A stretch of 64,000 bases of DNA, taken from Cenococcum geophilum (lineage: Eukaryota). This document shows, one piece after another, positions 39,360 through 51,244 of the stretch (position 1 is its first letter; the number at the start of each line of letters is the position of its first letter). The notes beneath the pieces are model-generated. The model saw only the letters and a program-made list of their open reading frames with translations. It made no database searches and had not been told where the DNA came from. A program made the position numbers and the translations under genes. Location: NCBI GenBank assembly GCA_050273025.1, contig CP158636.1, forward strand, positions 10,540,001 through 10,604,000, written 5' to 3'.

Positions 39360-39988
39360 ATTTACAACAATGCGAGGAATGATTACTGAAATCTTGATGA
39401 GAAATTTTTGCCGGGCGGCGACCTCTACTTATACCCCGCCAGAGTATAAAGGTGTCAGTTGAGAATTTTCAGCCGCAAAAAAGAAATTATCTGTTGGCGT
39501 GGATCTTCTATTAGGCTCTTAACCTAAAATTATCTAATTTAATAATAATAACGTATATAAAATTTTCTTAAATAATTACCTATTTCTTTTAGTTATAGAA
39601 AGATATTATATAAAGATAAGTTTAATTAGCGTTAATAAGTATTTATCTTTTTATTAATATCTAGACGTCCTTAAATAATTACCTCCTTCTTACAGTCTGC
39701 GCCTACTATATTAATAGCTAGGAAAACCAAATAAAAACTCTTTTTACCCTTTATACAGCACTTAGTTATAGTAAAGCTAAATAATAAAATACTCTTTTTT
39801 TAGTTTTAAAGGAGTATAGGATTAGATAAAAGCTTAGAGCTATTATTATAGATAATTCTATAATAAATAATACCCTCTATTATATAATCTATAAGTATCT
39901 TACTAATAATAAGGATATTATCTAGGATCCCATCTAATAACGTATCTACTACTAGGAGTATGTTATTAATCTCACCGTCTAAGCCTTC

Positions 39989-41815
39989 TGTTACGGACCT
40001 TATATTAGCAGTAGTAGCACTACTAAGGAGAGACATAAATGGGTTAGTTAAGATAGTATAGGAGGCGCTGGAACCGATCGAGCTATAGGATAAAAGGTAA
40101 CTAAGTTACGTGGCTAGTTACGTTATAAGTTTAAAACGTAAGAGCGTAGGAACATAGGAATATAATATACTAACGTACTAACGTACCAACGTACTTAGTA
40201 TATTTCTTAGGCGTAGTATTATATATTTAAAGGACTACAGTCCCTACCTAGATAGTTCTCTTCTTTATAGTAAATCTTAGAACATAATTAGAGTTAATCT
40301 ATTAGGTAACTACTCTACTAGTTATTATTATATTATTAACCTATTGTTATCTATATACCTAGCCTATTAATAAGTCTACCGTAGTTCCTACTATAAGGCT
40401 TTATTATATATTTACTACCTAGTTACGGTATTAATAAAGTCAAATAATATGCTACTAAAAGCACTAGTTATAACGCTATTAACGGCAGTAATTACTTTAG
40501 GGATAAGTAGGGACGATAGCATATAGGATACGGATTCGCAGCTAGTTACGGTAGGTTAGCTACAGGAAATAGTTAATTAATTAACAGATAATAACTAAAT
40601 ACTTAAAGAATAAATTAATAGAATCGGAGCAGTAAAAGTTAAGTTACTATTAGTCGAATAATTCTTAGGAGAAAAGTTAAAGCTTAAAGGGTTTCTTATA
40701 TAAATGCGATTTAAGGTAATACAAGATGGCGTAAAGCTTGCTATATTAATAGACCAAGTGGTCTATATAGGACTGTTCTTATTAAGAAGAGCACTTAAGT
40801 GGTTTAAACCCTACCTTACGAAGGTATAGGCGTATAGGGATATAACTACTAACCCAGAGGTTAAATATATATTTTTAAGTTAGAATGGGTTTATAAGCTA
40901 ACTAATATAAATATTTAGAGACCTAGAAGCGATAACTATAGCGGAACGAAAGCTTTAAAACCTAGTATAACGAACCTTAGTAATCGAGTATATAATATAG
41001 TTTTAAATGTTAGCTATATAGGTTAAATGGAATAATAAGGCGTTTATGGCATAATATAAACAGTGACTTAAGGTAAAAATTTAGGATGTAATTATTTTAA
41101 TAGAAGATGCGGACATATTTAGAGAACTAATAGATTAAGCAATTAAGATTAATAATAGGATCTATTAATAAAAACAGACTAAGAAGGGTTAAGATATAGT
41201 TCTATAGTTATATAAGGCGCAGAGTACGTATTAACTAAGTTAGAAACTATAGAATAGCAGACTAGAGCTAATAGACCTAAGTAGTACTAAAGAATATAAG
41301 AATAAATAACTATAGAAACCTAGAGGATAAGGATTAAGTAATTAAAGGTCTAAGGAGTAGAGGCTAAACTAAGGATCTTAGCAGTAGAAGACGTTTAGGC
41401 GTACTCTATAATAAGAAAAATAGTTTAAAGAAGGAGCTTATATAAATTATGGAAAATAAGGTTATTTTACTAGAAACTATAAAGATAGTTAGAGTAACCA
41501 TATGGTAAAAGGAACTAGACTAGTAGACAACATATATATATAGAGGGATGATAGTATACTATAAGGAACTAAAGAGTATTTAATTAAAAGTTTTACGTTT
41601 TGTAATAATAACGTATACTAAATTTATAAAGACGCTAAGTACGGCGTAAGCTATTATCTATAGGAGCTAAAATTATTAGAGTTTAGAGGAACTAATAAAC
41701 TATTACGTAGATCGGATATTAAGGACAATAAATTTAATATAGGTAAAATATTTAGCAATAATAAGGCAATAAAGGTAGCTTACTAAAAGTATACGGACCT
41801 TAGAGATGTTATAAA
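39989..41815 (+). mobile_element. Gypsy family C, copy 2 (5' LTR ~39989-40408 plus gag; truncated)
   Basis: Starts TGTTACGGACC. Inverted homology to ~12600-14439. gag from ~40449 with zinc-knuckle remnant ~41445-41480. Confidence 0.88.
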
Positions 41816-44800
41816 GGCTAAAAGGTAAGACTATAATAGGCCCTATCGCGATTCTAATATGTCCTTTTTTAAGGTTTAATATTATCTTCTTAGAAATAAG
41901 GTCGGCGTTATCCTAAGAGGAGTTATAGTTCTTATAAGATCTTAGGGTAGGAATAGATTTAGCTCCTATCTCATAGCTATAGGTTAGGATACCTACTAAA
42001 ATAGCTAGTAGATTGCCCAGGTAGTTAGATAAAAAGGAGTACTACGCTAAAATTCTTAGGGGTAATAGAGAGTAGTGGAGAGCCTTCGCCTTTATAAAGG
42101 TAGGGAATAATAGTAATATATTAGGCCTAGGTCCTAGGCGTATAATTAAAGTTATTATTATTATTAGGCTAGACCCTACTTTATAAGGTTCGCCTTGCTA
42201 TTCCTAGGCACAAGCTTTAGATAATACGGTATAATCTTTTCTATACTTTAAGCACTTATTGTAACGGGACTAGCCCAGTTATAGTAGGAATGTCTTAGTG
42301 AAATACTCGATAGATAAATTCCGACGCTTTAACTAAATTCTGCCGAATTCTGCTAGATTAATTGAATTCTACCGAAGTCTGTTAAAGACTGCGTGCGTAT
42401 ATGCGCACGCATCGACCACTAAGCCCCTGACTATTTAATTATATAATTCTCTTGTTATTTCTTTCTCTTCTTTACGCAACGTCTTGTTCTTAGCGAGAGC
42501 TATATACCCTTAGATTTAGATAGAATTTATATCGTTCCTTTAAATCTTCCCTAAAGTCTCTTCGCGCCCTTATATTACGTTGCGTTATAACAACTACTAT
42601 TAAAATAGTAAACGAACTTAAACCCTTCGCGTTAACTATAAGCATTATAGCCCTAGTTAGGGAACAGTTAACTATAATGCAATAGTTCTTTACGGATACT
42701 TTAGCCCAATAGTAAGCGATATTAGAAGCTTAGTACTAGCAATTAATGGGAGCAATCCGCGAAGAACTCTATAATCTTAAAGCACTTACGTTAGAGACCC
42801 TAATAGCAACACCTATAAACGAAATTAAAATAACTATATATAAACCCGACCCGTTAAATATAAACCCTAAACTAGTAATAGTAGCTTAACCTATACCTAT
42901 AATAAACCTAGTACCTACTATAAAATTTAAAAAGCTCCTTAACCCTCTAATATTTAATAAAAATTAAAATAACCTATGTCCCTTTATAACTAAGCTCCGT
43001 CTTAAACTTTTAATAAACTATAACTAATACCCTACTAAAGCTAGCAAGATTAGCTATGGAATGTCTTATTTAAGTAAAGACGCTATACGAACTATAGACC
43101 TATTCTTCTATAATAGCACCTTTATTAATTTTAAAATCTTTATCTCTTTATTAGAACGAATATATAATAACACTAGCCGCGAATATACAGCTATTACTAA
43201 ACTTAAAAACCTATAATAACGGAACCGAGACTTTACTAGCTTCTTTTTGGAATTTTTAGGCCTTATTAGTGAACTAGATTAAAATAAAGCCGCTAGAGTT
43301 ACTGCTCTCCGTTAAGCTATTTTGGATAAAATTAGAGCATAGTTAGTAGGTAGAGAACTACTAAAGGACTTACCCAAATTTGCTATAATGTGTTAATAAA
43401 TTAATAAGGACCTTTAATATAATAAATAGACTCGTTCCCTAAAGCTAACCACACCTTACGTTTAAAACTCTACGAACCCGGTATATACCCTAAAGCGCAA
43501 TCCGTCTCCAAAACTAAAAAGCCCTATGTATAACCCTATAGACCTTAACACTACTTAATCCTATACACCCTTAGGAACTAATAAATAAAGAACACAAGCC
43601 GCAAATAGAGAATGCTTTAGATATAGTAAAAAAAGACATATTTAAAGAAATTACTAAACTTACTCTTTTAAAAAGGTCTAATATAGTTCCTTCCGCTCCT
43701 TAAATTATACTCGTTTTATAAATTATACTTAGTTGCCATAAAGCATCCTACCTTTAGTTAATTTGAAAAACGAATTGTTTTAGGGCTAAGTTATATTTTA
43801 GAATAAGAAGTGGAAGAGTATAAGTATCTAGGCTCTTCTAGCGCTAATATATAATATAACTCCCTTAATATACTTAGCGAAATTTAAATACTTAGAAAAT
43901 GGAAGGAAGTATAAATCCTTATAGATAGCGGAGCTATTAGTATAGGCTTTATTAATATAAACTACGCGAAAACTTAACGCTTAAATTTAAAGAAACTTAA
44001 TAAGCTTTAAGGCCTATAAGGCTTTAATAGTAAGCCTTTAATATATGGCAAACTAACGCACTACGCTCTTATAAAGATACGGATAGGCGAATACCTTAAA
44101 TACGTTTCCCTATTTATAATACCCTTAAAGTATTATAAAGTAATACTTAGACATAGATAGCTAAAACGACATAACCCTTTAATTAGCTGGGTTAAAGAAA
44201 TACTAAAATTCCGTATAACCTACTGCTAAAGTTATTACTTAAAATACTACTTGCCCTATAAATATGCATATAACTATTTAAATTTAATATAATATAAATT
44301 GCCCTTGCTATAAACCTTAAACTAATATAATAAAGTTATAACTACCAATTGTGGTAAAGAATGCGAAGATAATATATTAAAACCCCTTAAAATTTATATA
44401 ATATAAGCCGCACCCTTTTATTTATTTATAAGAAAACAAGACTATAAGATCTTTACTATAATACTAGAAGATATTAAAAAGGCGTTAGAACTAAAGTAAT
44501 ATATTAACCCCTAACCTCTTATATCTAAAGAATATTATAATCTAATTAATACGTTTAAGAAACAATTCGTAAACTAACTACCCCCGTATTAAGACGGGCA
44601 CGATTTCAAGATAGAACTTAAACCTAGTATAACGCTAAAGTTCGGCCCGTTATACGGTATATCGCAAGAAGAGCTGCTTATAATATAATAATACCTTAAA
44701 GAGCACCTAGAGAAAGGATTTGTTTGCCCTAGTTAATTACTATTTACCTTATTTATACTATTTATTAAGAAACCTAGAGGAGGCTTAAGGTTTTATATTA

Positions 44801-45118
44801 ATTATTAAGCCCTAAACGCGATTATAATTTAAAACTAATATCCAATTCCTCTGCTTTAAGAAATACTTAACCGCTTAGTAAAAGCATAATACTTTACAAA
44901 GCTTAACGTAGTCGCTGCCTTTAATTAAATCTGTGTTTATAAAGGAGATAAAAAGTATATAGCTTTCCGTATACAATAGGGACCTTTTAAATACCTAGTA
45001 ATGCCGTTTAGTATAAAGAACGGTCCTGGTATATTTTAGTAATATATTAATAATACGCTTTGCAAATTCCTTAATATATTTATTACCGCGTATATTAATA
45101 ATATCTTAATCTATTTAT

Positions 45119-45192
45119 AATAATAATAATAATAATTTATTGCTTAACGTCTGATTTAGATCCCTATTGGGCCTACGCGGACTACTCCTTAT
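45119..45192 (-). mobile_element. 74-bp extreme 5'-truncated LINE 3' end with (TTA)n tail
   Basis: 15-bp TSD TCTTAATCTATTTAT (45104-18, 45193-207). Absent from the paralogous site at ~92-106. Reverse complement matches 21525-21580. Confidence 0.9.
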
Positions 45193-45998
45193 TCTTAATC
45201 TATTTATCTTTACTTTCTAAGCATTAGAAGCACGTTTAAATAGTCCTTAAACGCCTATAAGACGCGGGCTTATAATACAACATTAAGAAATATAAGTTCC
45301 ACGCGTCTAAAGTTACGTACTTAGGCCTAATTATATCCTATAACGGAATTAAAATGGACCCTAAGAAAATCGCTATAATTATAAACTGGGAAAGTCCTAG
45401 TAGTGTATAAGACATTTAAAGATTTCTAAAATTCGCAAATTTTTATTATCGATTTATTAATTACTTCTTAAAAATTGTTTAGCTATTAGTAAACTTAATG
45501 AGAAAGAATATAAGATTTAAATAGACTACTAAATGCGAATAAGCTTTTAATAACCTAAAATATTGTTTTATAACTGCTCTAATTCTTATCTACTTTAATC
45601 CGGACCTTAAATATATTGTTAAAATAGACTTATCTAATTATGTATTAGGAGGAGTGTTATTGTAATATAATAATGAACGGCGAGCTGCGCCTAGTAGCCT
45701 TTCTCTCCTAGAAACTTACCCCTACTAAATTAAACTATAAGATATATAATAAGGAACTACTTACAATTATTAGATGCTTTAAATAATAGCATCTAAAACT
45801 TAAAGAATTATTGTTTCTAATACGCGTATTAACGGACTATAAAAACCTATAGTACTTTATAACTACAAAGCAATTAATATAATGCTAAATTTATTAGGCT
45901 AAATACCTCTTATAATTTAACTTTAAGATTATATACCAACCTAGCAAACTTAATTAGAAGCCTAACTTATTAATATAATAATTATAAAACTTACCTAT

Positions 45999-48657
45999 TA
46001 TTTGTATCAACTTAATAATATAAGTGAGTTATATCCAGGGGCACGAAATACGTATAGTATCGTATACTCTTTTAGATGGTGGTGACTTTTTCTTCTAATT
46101 GTACATAAAGAGGTAGAATTTAAGGGGTTTCCTAAGCTCGCTTAGCTCACGTAATTGCGTCCATAAATTCCCGTTCGAACTTATTTAGATATTGGCGGTA
46201 CTTAGAAAATAAAACCACTTATGTATAGCCTCCGTAATTGCTTTAATAGAACCGTAAAATAAAAAGGAAATATATAAGAAATAAAACCGTAAAATATAAA
46301 AGAAATATATAAAAATAAAACTATAAAATATAAAAGAAATATATAGGAAATATATAGGAAATTCCTCCGTACAACAGGTGCTATAATTATACACTAGCGG
46401 CACTTAAAAATAGAACCACTTATATATCGCCTCCGTAATTTGCTTTAATAAAACTATAAAATATAAAAATATATAAGAAATAGAACTATAAAATGCAAAA
46501 GAAATACATAGGAAATTCCTCCTAAGGTGCCTTTTAGGCTGCCTTCTAAACGGTACTTTAAGCTGGCCGTAAATCCTGCTTACGGTCCGTAAAATAAACC
46601 GTACGGCCTTTTAACAGGCCGTAAATAAACCGTAAGTACTCCGTAAAGCTAGGTAAGCTCGCTTAATAAGCCTAATAGACTAATACGCCTTAACTGGAAC
46701 GGCTTTTTGGCTGGTGGGTGGTCGAAATAGTAGTACAGGCGGTGGATTTTGGTACTGCTGGCGGTAGCGGCGGTCCGTAAAGTAGGCATCTGAGTTAGTT
46801 TGTGGGTTTTGTAGGTCCATATACAGCTGCATATTAGGGTTAATATTAGCAGTACTAGGGTAAAGATACTAGGCGGGAGGAAGACTAGGTGAGGTAGGAG
46901 TAGTTACTAGGGGGAGGGTAGAGGCGGTTGCCATAGGTAGTGATTACTGGGCAGGTTGCGGAGGTTTATATAAGCTTAGCTACCGTGGCTCCTTAGCTTT
47001 AGTTAACGAAGAGGGTAAAGCTAGCGGGGCTTACGCGGGTAGAGCTTACGTAAACGGAGCTTGCGTAGGCGGAGCTTGTACAGACGGAGCTTGTACGGAC
47101 AAAGCTTATATAGACGGAGCTTATGTAGACGGAGCTTATATAGGCGGAGCTTATGCGGACGGAGCTTATATAGACGGAGCTTATATAGATGGAGCTTACA
47201 TAGGCAGAGCTTGCGTAGACGGGACTTGCGCAGGCGGAACTTGTACAGGCAAAGCTTACATGGGCGGAGCTTATATAGGCAGAGCTTGCGCGGACAGAGC
47301 TTGTGTAGGTAGAGCAGTTGTAGTAGCTAAGGTAGGTAGGTTGGGTAGAGGATCGTCCTCTAAGGCTTGCGGGCTTATTACATTTTTTTAATCGTTTGCT
47401 TGGTCTTAATTTCCGCTAGGGTCTACCTGTTAATTTCTAAAGTCTACCTAAGTCTCGTCCTTATCTGACGTCTTAATAGTCTCTTCCTTTAACGTCTCGT
47501 CCAGTTTTTTCTTTGACGTTGTATATGGCAAAAGTCCTACTATTCCTTTAGGTAACGGTAGACTTATATATATCTCTGGTCCTATAAGACCAGAGATCCT
47601 ATTAAGGTTAAAAGCGGTAAAGAATCTATTGGTATTAATATAGTTTAGGATTTCCTCTTTAGTCTATTCCGTTTGGTCTTCCTTATATAGTGTATTATAC
47701 AAAGACTATACAATAGTGACTTACTTATTAACCCATACGCCTTAGTTATATAGGAGCGTTTGTAGGTTATAAAGAGCTATACGGTCGCAAGCCTTAAAAG
47801 TAGCTTCCGTAAAGTCTGCAAAGTCTTTCTGGTATTGCTCCCATATATCATCATTTATAAAGTTGTAATGTCCATATTTAATGACTTTAAACTTAATATA
47901 GTCATCGACGTTATTTGTAGACGTAAGGTCAACTCCCTGGCTCCACTTCTTTTAACCTTTACTGATTTGCTTGGTTATATCTGCTATATTATATAGCGTA
48001 GTATATCTGTATAAGCTGTAGTAGGTAATAGTAGCTTATAGCGGGTGGAGGAGGTCTTATAACGGTCCGTAAAATCGATTAACGGGTTTGTAATAGTTTG
48101 AGAGGTCTTATAGTGGTCCGTAAAGGCGATTAATAGGTCCGTAGTAGTTTATAGAAGGGTAGGGGGTCTTTATAAGGGGTCCGAAAAGAGGTCGGGGGTA
48201 TTAAGGGAGGGTGTAGTAGGAATAGGGGTTTGAGGTTCAAAGAGGTTAAGGGTAAGGGGTTCTGTATAGGTCTGTATTCACATTTATAAACTTCTAGTAA
48301 ACCGTACTAAGACTTAAATAAGTATATAGAGTTGGTGATAGTCCGTAATCCCCAACTTTTGACCTTCTAGCAGGTCGTACTAGGATATAAATAGGTGGTC
48401 GCTATTGTGTATCACTTAGGGGAGGTATCAAGTGATTGCTAATCTGTACGCGCTCACTAATCAGTGTTTGTATCAACTTAATAATACAGGTAAGTCATAT
48501 CCAGGGGCACGAAATACGTATAGTATCGTATGCTTTTTTGGATAGTGGTGACTTTTTCTTCTAATTGTATATAAAGAGGTAGAATTTAAGGAGTTTCCTA
48601 AGCTCGCTTAGCTCACGTAATTGCGTCCATAAATTCCCGTTTGAACTTATTTAGACA
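45999..48657 (-). mobile_element. 2.66-kb non-autonomous LTR element with partial gag (probably Copia, GalEa-like)
   Basis: 193-bp LTRs at 45999-46191 and 48465-48657. TSD CCTAT. Degenerate minus-strand frame DDIWEQYQKDFADFT...LRNYGVWV. Near-palindrome cactaatcagtg (48455-66) in the PBS position. No pol. Confidence 0.88.
47040..47310 (-). repeat. 15-bp minisatellite (~18 units) encoding QAP(S/P)x pentapeptides in the gag-like frame
   Basis: Unit g(a/g)cggagctt(g/a)t(a/g)(t/c)a repeated; the minus strand reads CAA/TAA GCT CCG TCT ACA. Confidence 0.85.
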
Positions 48658-51244
48658 CCTATAAACGCCTTTAATAAACGGATTATAAATTAATTATAAA
48701 TTCTACTGCCCCCTAAACGCTTAGAGAAACTACACCCTATATTTTTAGATATAGAGCTTAATAGGAATAAATTGGAAATTAATAAGTAGAATATAAAAAT
48801 TAATAAATTAATAGAATATAAATATAAGAATAACCCCTAGATAGTAGATATAATAAAAGTAATTTAAATAGGGAAACGGCAATATAAGGATATTACACTC
48901 GCTAAATGTGAAATCTATAATAATTTGTTATACTATTAATAAAAGATAGTAGTCCTAAATTCCGAACCCTTATAATTTAAAATACTTAAATTTGTATATA
49001 ATTTCTCTATAGTAAGGTATCTAGGCCGTATAAAGACCTATAAGATTATCTAACGAGTATATTACTGGCCTATAATGTATAACTATATATAAAAATACGT
49101 TTAAGTATACAGAATGTGCGTACGTAGGAAAACCTCTTATATAAAGAAGTAAGGAGTACTTTAACTATTACTAATTCCAATATAAAGATAGCAAGATATT
49201 TTAATTAACTTTATAGTTAACCTACCTAATAGTAATAGGTTTATAAATATTATAGTAGTTATTAACTATCTTATAAAAATGCGATATATAATTCCTATAA
49301 ACTTAATTAATATAATATTAGTAGCCGAATGTTTTATTAAGTACGTCTTTAAGTTATATAGACTTTTTAATTTAATAATATCTAACTATAGAAGCCAGTT
49401 TGTTTTAGACTTCTAGTAAGCCCTATATAAATAATTAAGTATATAAACACGACTCTTAACTATATTTTATCTAGAGATAGATAGTTAAACTAAAATTGCG
49501 AACGCGATTATAGAATAATACCTATAAATATACTACTCCTACCTGCAAAATAACTAGGAAAAGTAGCTATCTTTAGCTAAGTTTACTGCGAATAATATAA
49601 AAAACAAATTAATAGGCGTAACGCCGTTCTACGCAACCTATGGATAAAACCCTTAACTTAGATTTAAATTATAACCCGAAATTAATACGGCAGGACCTAT
49701 AATTAAAAGGATTTAACTAATTAACGCGTATAACTTTGCTAATTAAATAAAGTAATTAATAGAACTATTATAAAGTAAATTAGCGTACGCTTAAATGGTA
49801 TAGGAATAGTATATAAATAAAGGACAAGCTTCTATATAGGACTTTAAGGAAGGTAATATAGTTTACCTAAATATATAAAACCTAAAGACTTAATAACCCT
49901 TAAAGAAACTAAACTAAAAGTTTACGGGCTTATACCAAATTAAAAAAAACTAAGCCCGTATGCTTATAAGCTTAAACTACTAACTAAAATAAAAATATAT
50001 CTAACGTTTTACGTAAACTTACTATAACCCTTAAAAGGTAAACCTATAACTTACGAAGTGCCACTACTACCTCCCGTAATTATTAATAATGGTAATAGTT
50101 CTTACTTTATTAACTTAATTAATAATATATAATAGAAAACACGATCTAAACAATTTAAACTCCTTATTAAGTGGGAAGGATATAAAATATAAACTTAGGA
50201 AACCTATAACCAGATTAAGACTAACGCGCCTTCCCTAGTAAAAGAATTCTATAAAGACTATCCTTTATAGCCTACTTTAGCTAGATAGACACGATATAAA
50301 GGTAAATAATTGCTATCTAACACAAATACACGAAACATAATAGTAGGAAGCTTAAGATTAAAAAGAACTTAAAATATATTATAACGTTTATAATACAATT
50401 ACATAACACGTAAGATATTAAGGAACTTTAACTAGCGGTTAAAGTTATCTAATTAGTTAGATCTGCCTTGCTAAGACCTACTATAAAGATATTAGTTTTA
50501 CTTACTGCCTTAACCGAGCTAATAGCGATTTTCTATTTTAGGGATAAAAAATCCTAATTAGCCCATTTAATAATAGAATTAGTAAAACTCTATACCGCCA
50601 CCTAACGTAACTATATAAACGCGATAAGTAATAAGTCTTAACTAAAATTAAATTATTTAGACCTTCGGCTAAAAGGGGGGGTACTATAACGGGACTAGCC
50701 CAGTTATAGTAGGAATATCTCAGTAAAATACTCAATAGATAAATTCCGACGCTTTAACCAAATTCTGCCGAATTCTACTAGATTAATTGAATTCTACCAA
50801 AGTCCGTCGAAGACCGCGTGCGTACGTGCGCACATATCGACCACTAAGCCCCTAACTATTTAATTATATAATTCTCTTGTTATTCCTTTCTCTTCTTTAC
50901 GCAACGTCTTGTTCTTAGCGAGAGCTATATACCCTTAGATTTAGATAGAATTTATATTATTCCTTTAAATCTTCCCTAAAGTCTCTTCGCGCCCTTATAC
51001 TTATATAGGTATTTATAAGCTATATTATTACAGCCTCTACTATTAAACTTATAGCAGGTATTAGAGGTATAGGAGGTATCCAACCTAGGTCTCTTTAAGG
51101 TGGCAAAGCCGATAGTACTAGATATTATAAATTATAGCGCTATATACTAGGCTAGCATTTATTAATTAGCGGGCTCTAGTTAGCCATTAGTTATTATAAA
51201 GGTGTAATAGTTAAGTGCTAAATTGAGTATATAACCTACCTAGA

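Larger units (their letters stand above)
42260..50999 (+). mobile_element. Gypsy/chromovirus family A, copy 2, full length (~6.0 kb without its two insertions)
   Basis: 315-bp LTRs at 42260-42574 and 50685-50999. TSD CTTAT. gag, protease (D)SGA ~43925, RT, RNase H, integrase, chromodomain. PPT ~50671-50681. Confidence 0.96.

Noticed and set aside
35696..39988. Starship or other giant element carrying the RING gene
   Set aside because: No DUF3435 captain or other recombinase remnant and no definable boundaries in the window; the flanks are only unclassified RIPed DNA.
47061..47312. 83-aa RRSLY-repeat ORF on the + strand
   Set aside because: Antisense reading of the 15-bp repeat inside the gag-like minus-strand frame.
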